From assembly GCA_965227405.1 (NCBI GenBank), contig OZ245758.1, positions 2,996,338-3,060,337 on the forward strand: 64,000 nt of DNA, read 5' to 3'. The translations under genes and the position numbers were made by a program. The stretch is from Polyangiales bacterium (GTDB taxonomy: Bacteria > Myxococcota_A > Polyangia > Polyangiales > Houyiibacteriaceae). The stretch's first letter is position 1; each line of letters opens with the position of its first letter. Of the stretch, positions 8,794 through 18,600 are shown piece after piece. The notes beneath the pieces are model-generated. The model made no database searches and was not told the origin of the DNA. It saw only the letters and a program-made list of their open reading frames with translations.

Positions 8794-10052
8794 TGGCTGT
8801 ACCCAGGCCGCATGAGTCCATCACGCTCCGAGGGACGAAGCTTAGTCATCTGCGTGGTCATCTCGGTGGTCGGCGCAACTCGCATCTCCGTGACGGTCAT
8901 CTCCGCACTGCTGGTCATCTCCGTGATGCTCGTCATTTCGGTGCGTTCGGGTGTCGCTGCTCCGTTGGGGATGTCCGGTTCTTGCGGCTGTTCGGGTGTC
9001 GTCGGTGCAGGCGCTTCAGTTCGGGTCAGCACCCACGTGAGACCGGCACCAAGAGCCAGCGCCAAAAGTAAGGCAGGCCACCAGACACGCCGAGGGGGTG
9101 GAGCGTGCCGACTCTCCATGGTTTTGGGAATCGACGCCTCACTCGCCATCGTCGCCATGAACGCCATGGGATCGGTTCGCGCACCCACAGGCGTCAGCAC
9201 AAGTTCGGTTGCGAACTCGTCCATTGCGGCTTCGAGTTCTTCGGTGGTCTGAAAACGTGCGCCGCGGTCCAGCTGCATTGCGCGCTCGATCACGCTGGCA
9301 AGTTGGGTGTCGAGCTCGGGGTACTCGCCCGCTGCAACACACTCGCCGGTGAAGATCTTCACCAGCAGTTCGGGAAGTGACTCGGCTTCAAACGGGCGGC
9401 GACCCGTCACCATTTCGTAAAGCACCACACCCAACGCATAGATGTCGGTTCGCAGGTCAACGTTCTTGCTGTTGCGGAGCTGCTCCGGCGACATGTACAG
9501 CGGCGTTCCGAGGATCGCGCCCGTCTCGGTTGCACCCGTGAGCTCTTCGGCGTTTTCAAACTTGCTGATCCCGAAGTCGATCAGCTTGACCTTGAGATCA
9601 CCCCCCGTGTTGACCAGAAAGATGTTCTCAGGCTTGAGGTCGCGGTGGATGACACCGGCCTCGTGCGCGATGCGCAAACCACGACACGCCTCACGCACAA
9701 CCGCACACGCCAAACCCGCCGGTAGCTTTCCGCGTGCGTCGAGGACCTCGCGTAGCGAGTCGCCCTCAAGCATCTCCATCAACACGTAAAACGAACCGTC
9801 TTCGAGCTGTCCTGCGTCAAAGATCTGAGTGATGTAGTCGGTGTCCAGAGTGCCGGCGACAGACGCCTCTTGAAGGAAACGCTTGATGATCGTCGCGTTT
9901 GCTTCACGCGGGGTCATCACCTTCAGTGCGCGCCGATGTTTCGTGAGCGTATGGCGCACCTCGTACACAACACCCATGCCGCCTGCGCCGAGCACGCGAA
10001 TAATCTCGAGTTTGCCGTCGAGAAAAGTGTCCCCGGCCTTCTTAGGCAGCAT
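8790..10052 (-). CDS. Serine/threonine protein kinase (Hanks-type)
   Basis: Kinase subdomains: G-loop LGAGGMGVVYEV, VAIK-like ALKVM, HRDLKPENIFL, DFG, SPEQ. C-terminal TM segment and Pro/Thr-rich tail. Start chosen at MLPKKAGD (ATG 10052). The longer upstream ORF extension would overlap the divergent EamA gene. Confidence 0.7.
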   Translation of the reverse strand: MLPKKAGDTFLDGKLEIIRVLGAGGMGVVYEVRHTLTKHRRALKVMTPREANATIIKRFLQEASVAGTLDTDYITQIFDAGQLEDGSFYVLMEMLEGDSLREVLDARGKLPAGLACAVVREACRGLRIAHEAGVIHRDLKPENIFLVNTGGDLKVKLIDFGISKFENAEELTGATETGAILGTPLYMSPEQLRNSKNVDLRTDIYALGVVLYEMVTGRRPFEAESLPELLVKIFTGECVAAGEYPELDTQLASVIERAMQLDRGARFQTTEELEAAMDEFATELVLTPVGARTDPMAFMATMASEASIPKTMESRHAPPPRRVWWPALLLALALGAGLTWVLTRTEAPAPTTPEQPQEPDIPNGAATPERTEMTSITEMTSSAEMTVTEMRVAPTTEMTTQMTKLRPSERDGLMRPGYSQ

Positions 10053-10944
10053 GCGCAGGGAGTATATCCTCCGCGTCGTGAAGCGCCGCGATTCCGACTC
10101 CGATTCCAAAAGGAACCGTGCGCGAATCGCAGTTGTCGTGGGCGTTGCCGCGATCAGCTTCGCAGCGATCTTCTTTCGCAAGACCGCACCCATGCATCCG
10201 CTTGTTGCCGCGGGTCTGCGTTTGTCGATCGCGGCAGTGTGCTTGTCGCCTTTCATCGTTCGTGCGTGGAAGGGCATGTCCCGCTCGGTGCGCATCGGCG
10301 CATGTGTGGGCGGGTTGTTCTACGCCGCGCACTTCGGAACGTGGGTGACCTCGCTGACGCTGACGAGTGTCGCCGCGTCGGTCACGTTGGTCACGGCGAC
10401 ACCCATTTTGTTGGCGACGTGGGCGTTCATCACCGGAACGGACAAACCGAGCAAGCTCCAACTTGGCGCGATCGCGATTGCCGTAGTGGGAGTCACCGTG
10501 ATCGGGTCACAGGACTCCGGTGGAGCGATCGTGGGCGATGCGTTGGCGTTTGCGGGTGCAGCAGCGATGGCGGGCTACTTAGTGATCGCGCGTCGACAAG
10601 GTGATCACTTGAACCCGATGGCGTTTACAGGTCTCGCATGCGCGGTGGGCGGTGCACTGCTCTTGTTAAGCACCGTTGTCTTTGAGGTGCCGCTCGAGAT
10701 CCCATCGATGGAGAGCTTCGGGTTTGTGCTTTTGGCGGTCGCCGTTCCGCAGTTGATTGGTCACACCGCGATGACCTACGCGCTTCGGGTGCTTTCACCG
10801 ACGCGGGTGGGCATGGCCACGGTTGCAGAGCCGGTCGGAGCGACGTTGCTCGCGTGGCTGTGGCTCACGGAAACACCTCCGTTGCTTACGCTGGTGGGTT
10901 GCGGGATTACGTTGAGCGCGGTGCTGCTCTCACTGCGCGAGTAG
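10051..10944 (+). CDS. EamA/DMT-family transporter (10 TM)
   Basis: Hydrophobic profile of two EamA repeats (IAVVVGVAAISFAAIFF..., ...LSAVLLSLRE). The start is uncertain: ATG 10051 overlaps the kinase start codon on the other strand; an in-frame GTG at 10078 is an alternative. Confidence 0.6.
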   Translation: MRREYILRVVKRRDSDSDSKRNRARIAVVVGVAAISFAAIFFRKTAPMHPLVAAGLRLSIAAVCLSPFIVRAWKGMSRSVRIGACVGGLFYAAHFGTWVTSLTLTSVAASVTLVTATPILLATWAFITGTDKPSKLQLGAIAIAVVGVTVIGSQDSGGAIVGDALAFAGAAAMAGYLVIARRQGDHLNPMAFTGLACAVGGALLLLSTVVFEVPLEIPSMESFGFVLLAVAVPQLIGHTAMTYALRVLSPTRVGMATVAEPVGATLLAWLWLTETPPLLTLVGCGITLSAVLLSLRE

Positions 10945-10951
10945 CTGTGCC

Positions 10952-12082
10952 CTAAATCGGAGCTTCGCAGATGTTCCGCGCGATCAGCTCGGCGATGCTC
11001 TGCAGCACAGGTCGTAGATCGGGCTGACAGATGCTCGCCAAAAAGCCATTCCCGGTTCGGCCGAAGTCTTGAACGACCTCGACAATGCGTCGTGCAGGCG
11101 GAGCAGAACCCACGCCGCCAAACTCGCACGCGGGAACAAGCTGCGTGTCGTCGTCAGGATCCAACGTGAACTGCATGCGCTCGTCGGCCAGCACTTCCGC
11201 GAAATCGACGTCGGTGGGATCCGGCGTCAGGTTGCGCGGAACACCGGTGATCGCAGCGACGATGACAGGTGCGTTTCGATCCAACTCCAGCGCGTGGAAC
11301 GCGTTCAGGTAGCGCGAGATCGGATGCAGGAACGAATCGTTGAACGCACATCGCGTTCGGAAGTGCCCCAACTCTGTGCGCGCGTCCGCCGAAGGATCAA
11401 AAATCGCGTCGTCGGCTGCGGAGCAATCGTCCTCATCAGTGACATAGACGATGGCGACAAGTGAATCGCCGCGAAGAAAACCTTCGTTGGGCGCGCCGGG
11501 TTCGGCTTGGGTTGTGATCGCGGACAACGAGGCTTCGAGTTGCTGTTCGAGTCCACAACCGTTGGTACCCAGTTCCGACAAACACGCGAAGTCATCGTTG
11601 AACTGAGTCGCGTTGTCGCCGTCGAACTGTAACCAGGGCGGGTCACCGAGCGATGTCCCGCAGCCTGAACGCGCATCGCTGACAAACACGCCATCATCGC
11701 CGTTACCCGGTGGGCACCCGATGACTCCGGGGTTGTCGCCCACGCCCATGTCCGTCGTCACGATTCCGATGCGCAAGTCTGTGATCGGTTCGAAATCGGG
11801 GAACCCGTCACCATCCGCGTCGGGCGGCGTGGTGAGTGTCTCGATCAACACCGGAAAGTTCTCGGCCAGTGAAGCCTGTTCCTCCGCCATCGAGTTCGAG
11901 TTGTCGATGACCCAAATCATGTCGACCGGAAGTGCAGCGCGGCACATGCGATCGCCAACGTCGAACCCTGGGACATCGCGTTGCGCGTCGATGCCCGTGT
12001 CGCCGGTGGCGGCGTCCATCGGGTCGTCGTCTCCACAATCGCAGGCCGTCAACGCGAGCACGAGCAAAGCGAAGTAGCGCAT
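10952..12082 (-). CDS. von Willebrand factor A (VWA)-domain lipoprotein
   Basis: Start at MRYFALLVLALTAC (lipobox LTAC). MIDAS motif DxSxS in IWVIDNSNSMAEEQ. Asp/Gly-rich acidic segments. Confidence 0.5.
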   Translation of the reverse strand: MRYFALLVLALTACDCGDDDPMDAATGDTGIDAQRDVPGFDVGDRMCRAALPVDMIWVIDNSNSMAEEQASLAENFPVLIETLTTPPDADGDGFPDFEPITDLRIGIVTTDMGVGDNPGVIGCPPGNGDDGVFVSDARSGCGTSLGDPPWLQFDGDNATQFNDDFACLSELGTNGCGLEQQLEASLSAITTQAEPGAPNEGFLRGDSLVAIVYVTDEDDCSAADDAIFDPSADARTELGHFRTRCAFNDSFLHPISRYLNAFHALELDRNAPVIVAAITGVPRNLTPDPTDVDFAEVLADERMQFTLDPDDDTQLVPACEFGGVGSAPPARRIVEVVQDFGRTGNGFLASICQPDLRPVLQSIAELIARNICEAPI

Positions 12083-12086
12083 ACGC

Positions 12087-12632
12087 TTAGGGTACTCGAT
12101 CAGCCGGGGAGTCCCAGTCACGGAGACGCGTCGCATCGATTTCAAACGCCGCGACCTCGCAGCGATCCAAGAGCCCGCGCAACGATCGGCGACCTGTTTG
12201 CAGATATGCTTCGAACTTGGGTTGAACGCTCGGCGCGTAGCGCGCGAACAAAGGCTCCCAATCGTTCGCATCAAGCGCACGAGGCGCGACCACGTCAACG
12301 TTGCGCGGGTCGGCACCCAAACGTCGAAGGTCTTCCGCTTCGATGTAGGGCATGTCGCACCCCACCACGATGACGGGCTCGGGCCCCAAGAGTGCGGCGA
12401 GACCCCCGATCGGTCCGGCATCGGCCATGCCATCGTCGATGCGCGCCACGTCGGGTAACAACGAGGCGTACTCGTGAGCTTTGCCGACCAGAACCGGGTC
12501 GAGACCAGCTTCTCGCGCCACTCGAACCGTTCGCTCGAGCAAGCGCTCTGCGCCTACGTTCAGCAGTCCTTTCGGCGTTCCCATCCGAGAAGAGGCGCCA
12601 CCGACCAAGATTCCGAGTCTCACGAGAAACAA
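12087..12632 (-). CDS. mobA: Molybdenum cofactor guanylyltransferase
   Basis: N-terminal signature LVGGASSRMGTPKGLL and the VVGCDMP motif typical of MobA. 181 aa. Confidence 0.7.
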   Translation of the reverse strand: MFLVRLGILVGGASSRMGTPKGLLNVGAERLLERTVRVAREAGLDPVLVGKAHEYASLLPDVARIDDGMADAGPIGGLAALLGPEPVIVVGCDMPYIEAEDLRRLGADPRNVDVVAPRALDANDWEPLFARYAPSVQPKFEAYLQTGRRSLRGLLDRCEVAAFEIDATRLRDWDSPADRVP

Positions 12633-12680
12633 ACGCTACGACGGGAGCGTATGCATGGGTAGGCGAAGGATGGCATCCTA

Positions 12681-13244
12681 GTGGCAGTGAGGGGTTGGAT
12701 TGGCTTGATGATGCTGGCGCTGGCGTTGGCCTGTGGGTCTGATGACGCACAGTCCAATGAACGGGTCGAGCAGCGCGCTAGCGTGATTCCTGATCTCGAG
12801 CCTGCACCCGAAAGTCCCGACCCGGTGTACAGCCCGTTCGTGGTGCAGATGAGCACCGACGAAACTCCGTTCAGCGTGATCTCGTTCAAAGACGTCGGCA
12901 TGTCTTTGTCGTCTGACGAACAGCAACACGTGTACGAGACGATTGCCGAAGGTCTCGCGCTCGAGTTCGGTTCGCGCATGCAACACGATCCGCACTCGGC
13001 CGACCCCTCGAACCATCTCGCGTGTGAAGGTGAGCACGTGTACGTCGACATGTGGCAGTCCGGTTCCGGCTGGGGGTACTCGTTGTGGTCCGGGTGTGGC
13101 GAAGATGATCAGTTCGCGCATCGTGAAGTCGAAGTCGCGATCGAACCCGACAACCGCGTCGCATCGATCCAGTCGCTGACTGACGACATCGCTCAAGAGT
13201 TGCGCCGCGCAGTGCGCGAAAACTGTTTCACCCGCCACTGCTAA
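12681..13244 (+). CDS. Hypothetical lipoprotein
   Basis: Signal peptide MAVRGWIGLMMLALALAC (lipobox). No recognisable domain. Acidic. Confidence 0.45.
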   Translation: MAVRGWIGLMMLALALACGSDDAQSNERVEQRASVIPDLEPAPESPDPVYSPFVVQMSTDETPFSVISFKDVGMSLSSDEQQHVYETIAEGLALEFGSRMQHDPHSADPSNHLACEGEHVYVDMWQSGSGWGYSLWSGCGEDDQFAHREVEVAIEPDNRVASIQSLTDDIAQELRRAVRENCFTRHC

Positions 13245-13322
13245 ATCGCGTAGCCAGCTTCGCGGTTGAGCGGATTTCCGTAGCGATTACGCGTTGGCAC
13301 AAAACTGGCCACTTGACCGGGT

Positions 13323-14468
13323 ATGTACCCGTTGCTCTTGGTTCTCGCCTCGCTCTGGACGCTGCTTGGTGTCGTCGCGATCGCGCGCGTTCGTCAACGC
13401 AAGCTCGACGACGATGCCCCCGCGATCGCGGTGTCCGTGCTCAAGCCCTTGTGTGGATTGGACGCGTCGCTCGAAGCCAATCTCGTCAGTTTCTTTGAGC
13501 AGGATCACCCCCGCTTTGAGTTGGTGTTCGGCGTGGAGGGTGATGACCCCGCGATCGAACTCGTGCGTAAGCTACAAGCGCGCTACCCCGAGGTTCGTAC
13601 TCGCTTGGTGATTCACGAGGGCGGTCGCGCGCTCAACCCCAAGGTGCGCAACCTCTTGGCGATGTTGCCTGAGGCATCGCACGACCTCGTGCTGATCAGC
13701 GACTCCAACGTGGTGGTTCCGCAGCACTACCTGCGCGAGATGTCCGTGGCGATGCACGATCCGACCGTCGGTATTGCGACGAACTTGATCACGGCTGTGT
13801 CGAACGATGATTCCCTCGGCGCTACGCTCGAAGAGATGCACCTGGGCGGCATGGTTGCTGGGAGCATTGCACTGTCGAACGAGGCGGGGCACGCCGCGGT
13901 GATCGGCAAGTCGATGATGTTTCGTCGGTCGGTGATCGACGCGTTGGGCGGGCTCGAGAGCGTCGCGTACGTGTTGGCCGAGGACTACGTGCTTGGTCGT
14001 ATGGTTCAGGCGGCGGGGCTTCGCGTGCATGTTTGCGCCACGCCGATTCATAACGTGATCGGAACTCAATCCGTTCGCCGCTTTGTGGATCGCCACGTGC
14101 GCTGGAGCATGATGCGCTTGCGACTCGCACCCTGGGCATACTTGCTTGAGCCGTTCGCGACGCCGTTGTGTGTGGCGCTACTCGCACCCGTGTTCGGGTT
14201 TCCGCTTCGTGTCGCGTTGATGTGGGCTCTGGGTCTGACCCTTGTGCGCGATGCTGCTCATGAGTGGCTCCTGCGTGGTCCGGGTCGACTTGTGCGCATG
14301 TTGCCTCTCGCACCCCTGCGCGATCTGATTGTGCTCTGGGTGTGGTTGATCGCGCCTTTTCGACGTCACGTGACCTGGCGGCAGACCCGAGTTCGCGTCT
14401 CGGCTGGAACTCGCCTTTACGCCCAGGACGCGAGCGAACCGAACACGAGCCTGTTGATGGAAGGCTAA
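13323..14468 (+). CDS. Membrane glycosyltransferase, GT2/GT21 (ceramide glucosyltransferase / HpnI-like)
   Basis: N-terminal TM. VLKPLCGLD motif. Aspartate motifs. (Q/R)xxRW motif in VDRHVRWSMMRL. C-terminal TM helices. Confidence 0.5.
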   Translation: MYPLLLVLASLWTLLGVVAIARVRQRKLDDDAPAIAVSVLKPLCGLDASLEANLVSFFEQDHPRFELVFGVEGDDPAIELVRKLQARYPEVRTRLVIHEGGRALNPKVRNLLAMLPEASHDLVLISDSNVVVPQHYLREMSVAMHDPTVGIATNLITAVSNDDSLGATLEEMHLGGMVAGSIALSNEAGHAAVIGKSMMFRRSVIDALGGLESVAYVLAEDYVLGRMVQAAGLRVHVCATPIHNVIGTQSVRRFVDRHVRWSMMRLRLAPWAYLLEPFATPLCVALLAPVFGFPLRVALMWALGLTLVRDAAHEWLLRGPGRLVRMLPLAPLRDLIVLWVWLIAPFRRHVTWRQTRVRVSAGTRLYAQDASEPNTSLLMEG

Positions 14469-14486
14469 CGCGCATACCATCCGGCT

Positions 14487-15482
14487 ATGGCCGACGACGA
14501 AGAGACGTCCTCCGAGGAAGAGTCATCCGACGAAGAGACCTCATCGGAGGAAACGTCATCCGAAGACACGTCCACCGAGCAAGAGTCATCCAACGCGGAT
14601 GATGCGGCCGACGACGCGGATGATGATGCGGCCGACGCGGATGATGACGACGACGTTCTCGACGGCGACGACGATGAAAGTGTTCTTGAAGGCGACGATG
14701 AGCTCGACGCCAACGAGAAGGCAATGCTCGACGACCTGGACGACGACCTCGATGACGGGGACGACGACGACGAGGACGACGAGGTCAGCGAAGACGAGAT
14801 CGCAGAGCCGATCAAACCGATCAGCGAGAAGGAGCAACGCCGTGCGGGCTGGGGCTGCTTGATTCTGTTGATCGCGATTCCACTCGGCGTTTGGTACGGA
14901 GCTCAGAGTTGGCTGGCGAGTGCACTCGAACTGGACCAAAGCGGCGTGCCCGATTGGTACCTCGAAGCTTCGCAGGACGACGCCGGACCTCGAACCGCAA
15001 CCGGCAGCTTTGTGCCACCGGCTGACGAGGTGGAGTGGCTCACCGATCCCGAAGCGGCGGTGAACCAAGCACAAGAGAGCGAAGATCCCCTCATCGTAAT
15101 GTTCTCGTCGGACAACGAAGAGAGCCAACGAATGAACAGCGGCACGTGGCTCAACCGCAACGTCGTGCGGATGCTGCAAGACACGGTGCCCTTGCGTTTG
15201 GAGCTCGGCGACGAGTCGCATGACTGGGCCGAGCGCTTCGAGGTGACGCGCGCGCCGACCATTCTCTTTCTCTCGCCCGACTTGGAGCGACTGAGGCCCG
15301 ATACAGCTCGCTTGGTCGACGCGAACGACATGGAGATCTACCTCTACGAAACCCAGGAAAATCTGGAGGAAGAGCGCGTGTACCAGCCTGCCGATGGCGA
15401 GGCGGAGGGGCTGCTGCCGGATGAAACCGAGGATGCCGAAGACGAGCCTGAGCCTGAACAGACGCCCTCCGAAGGCGAATGA
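14487..15482 (+). CDS. Highly acidic single-pass membrane protein with thioredoxin-fold-like domain lacking CxxC
   Basis: N-terminal D/E/S low-complexity region (about 110 aa). TM GWGCLILLIAIPLGVWYGAQSWL. A domain resembling the thioredoxin-like fold (LIVMFSSDNEES...APTILFL) without redox cysteines. Acidic C-terminus. Confidence 0.5.
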   Translation: MADDEETSSEEESSDEETSSEETSSEDTSTEQESSNADDAADDADDDAADADDDDDVLDGDDDESVLEGDDELDANEKAMLDDLDDDLDDGDDDDEDDEVSEDEIAEPIKPISEKEQRRAGWGCLILLIAIPLGVWYGAQSWLASALELDQSGVPDWYLEASQDDAGPRTATGSFVPPADEVEWLTDPEAAVNQAQESEDPLIVMFSSDNEESQRMNSGTWLNRNVVRMLQDTVPLRLELGDESHDWAERFEVTRAPTILFLSPDLERLRPDTARLVDANDMEIYLYETQENLEEERVYQPADGEAEGLLPDETEDAEDEPEPEQTPSEGE

Positions 15483-15632
15483 AGTTCTGGCGGGGCTGAG
15501 CGTAGAGAGAAGAAGCCAACCTTTTCTGGTCTCGCCCGTCTAAACCCCACAGCTCCGCACCGCGCTGGTATGTAGCCGGTCACGGATCGCCGCGTCGTTG
15601 TCACGTGTACGCGGGGAACCTTCGGAAACAGC

Positions 15633-18600
15633 ATGACATCACGCCTTGTTCTCGCGTTCGCCGTCGTCTTTTCGTCGATGGCGCAGGCCCAAACCACTGG
15701 GCTCGAAGTATCACTCTACGGAACCACGCAAGCTGCCTACGGCGGTGCGCTTCGCATGAGCGGTGTGGCGTTCCAAACGCAAGGGTACGCCGAGCTTCGA
15801 ACACTTGGTGGTGCACAGATCGAAGCGCGACTGCGCGACTACGACTCGTCGGAGCGGCAGTGGCAAACGATCGAAACGGTCACGGTGCGGTCCAACGCGT
15901 CGGGTGCGTTCGATTTTGTGCTCGAGGTTCCTGAACGTCGCTTCCGCCAAGTGCAGCTGCAGATCGAAGTGCGTGGTGCGGGCAAAGAGCGCACGTTTGA
16001 GTACCCGGTGCAGCTGCGTTCGCCTTTGGCGTTTGACCTGCTCTTGGATCGCAACCGGTACGAGCCGGGCGAGACCGTGCACATGTGGAGTCGTCTCTTT
16101 CGCAGCGAAGACGGCGCGCCGGTAAGCGGTCGTACCGTGGCGGTGCGTGTTCACGATCCGAGTGGCCGGCCCATGGTCGAGCGTTCGGTGCAGGTGGCGC
16201 AAAGCGGGGCGGCGACACTCGATATCGAGCTACCGGATTCTGCAGCCGACGGTGTGTACGCGGTCGACCTGCGCTTGGACGACAGCATTGCCGGTGCCAC
16301 AGCGCGCCGAACGTTCCAAGTGGCACGGCGCACCGTGGAGCGTGTCTTGGTGGAAACCACGATCGACCAACGCGTGGTGCCTCCTTCAGGACAAATCACC
16401 GGCAACGTCACAGTGACCACGCCCAGTGGTGCACCTGTTGTAGGTGCCGAGGTGCAGTTGCAAATTGGTTCGGATCGTCGTCAGCGCCAGGTTGTTCAGA
16501 CCGATAGCGAAGGCGTAGCCGCGATCCGCATGCAAGCACCCGCGTACTTGGTGGGTGATGTGCAGGCGCAATCGCTGCAGGTTCGTGTGCAGCACTCGGC
16601 GCACGGCACGTTGCACTCCAGTGCCTCGTTCTTGCTTTCGCGAGTCGAGTGGCAAGTCACCGCGACTGCGGCCAACGGCGCGATCGTTCCCGAGGTCGAC
16701 ACCGAAGTCGTGATCAGCGTCAACGATCCACGCGGTGAACCAGCACCCGCAGGCACGAAGGTGACCGTGACGGGTGATGCGATTCGTGGAGGGTCGCGCG
16801 AAGTGGAAATCGATGCGCATGGACTCGCCGTCGTTCCGGTGCGTGTCGCCGATGGTGATGCGGGTCCACTTCGCGGATCCACGCCGGGCTGCAGCGGAAT
16901 TTCGGGCGTGCGTGTGGAGGTCGACGTGCAGACCGAGCGCCCCGCGTTCGCGCGTGTGTGTCTGGCCGTCAACCCTAAGGCTCAAGTGCGTCCCCGCGTG
17001 GTGCGAAGCGTGGTTGCGCCCGGGTCGATCGTGGAAGTCGATCTTGCTCGTCATCCCGACGTGCGCGGCCGCCCTGTGTTGGTGGAAGCGTTGATGAACA
17101 ACATCGCGATCAGCGCGGCCTTTGCGAGTGGAGCACGTGCACGAGTTCAGCTTCCGGCCGACGTCGGCGGCATCGTGCAGATTCGAGCTCGACCGCTATT
17201 GCCGCATGATGCGCGACATCCCTTGGATCAACCCGGCGGTTCTTCGCTTGGCACCGGTTCGTACGACGCGGTTCTAGTCCGTCCGGCCGACGCGTTCGGG
17301 TTTGAGATTGGTCGCGAACAAGAGACGTACCGCGTTCGCGAAACCGCGCAGTTGGGCTTGCGCACCACACAATCCTCGCCTCAAGCATGGGCAACGTTGG
17401 TCGCGCGCGATTTGGCTGCGCATGGCGGCGAGACGCCGTACTCGGTCGCATGGATGCGCGGTGCGTTGGATGCAGCAGTGACCGCGCCCGATGCGCAGGG
17501 CAACGACCTGCTTCTTCGCGCCGCGTTGTTGCGAAGCCTGCCGCAAGACAACCAACCGCGTCGTGAGCCGCCCTTGGTGCAGCCGTACTGGCGCAGCTCG
17601 TACCCACGGGGTGGCCAGGGCGGGACGTTGCGCGATCCCGTGGCGGATCGTGACCGGATGCGACGTCGACAAATCGGCCAGCTGATGATGCAGCTCGAAC
17701 GTTTTGTGTCGTCGTGGGATCTCGAGCGCGCCGTTCGAGACGGACTTCTGGTGCGTCGTGGCAACGGATACGACTTTCATCCGGATGCGATTGCGAACTT
17801 GGTGCGCGCCCGCCAGCTCGGAGAAGCGATCAGCGACACCTTGGGTGGCGATACCGCCAGCATCGCAATGATCCGCGCGGTGGATGCATCGTTCACGTTC
17901 GACGCTGTGGCTCGTCGCATCGCCCGTGGTCGTTTGGTGATGTTGATGATGGCGATTTCGCGTTTCTCCAACCCGGATGACGCAAACGCAGCACGCGCGA
18001 GTCAGGGCCAACCTCCCGAACGCTGGCTTTCACGCATGGTGCAGTTGGGAGTGTTGCGTCCGAACCAGCTTCTCGATCCCTGGGGACGCGCGTTTGAGTT
18101 TCGTCGTGCAGGTACACCGCAGCTGGTCATCACCGATCGTGCACCTGCGTGGGAGCTGGTCAGTGCAGGACCCGACGGACGCTTTGGTTCGCGCGACGAC
18201 GTTCGCAATCCCTTCCAGCGATTGGTTGCCGAAGGTTCGCCCTATGCGGTGGTGTCGGGTGAAGACCGGTTGATGAAAGCATTGAGCACGCTCGCTCCCG
18301 GACCTCGCGTGTTGCAGGCGATGGCGACCGCGTATGCGAGCGTGAGTCTTCAGGCTCTCGAAGAGCAGCGACAGCGCGCTGTGAGCGCCAACGCGTCGGA
18401 AGGCGCGGAGGTCATGGACGACATGCTTGGCGGCCTAGCTACGCGAGGTGCTGGTGGCATGGCAGCACAGTCGGCGCCCCGACGGTCGGCCCGTGCGCGT
18501 CCCGCACCTTCACCGGCGATGGACGCGGCCGGCGAGGTCATGGCGGAAGCCGACTTCGAAGACGAAGATGGCGAGCCAGAGCCCGAGGAAGAATCCGAAC

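Noticed and set aside
8790-10295. Longer 501-aa form of the Ser/Thr kinase
   Set aside because: The N-terminal 81 residues precede the canonical kinase start, lack any domain, and run antisense across the EamA 5' region. The start was moved to ATG 10052 (still flagged as uncertain).
14465-14815. Ser-rich 116-aa minus-strand ORF and apparent tandem nucleotide repeats (GATGATGCGGCCGACG...)
   Set aside because: The repeats are the D/E/A codon low-complexity region of the acidic protein on the plus strand. They are not CRISPR (no spacer/repeat periodicity of 28-37 + 30-40 bp) and not a separate gene.
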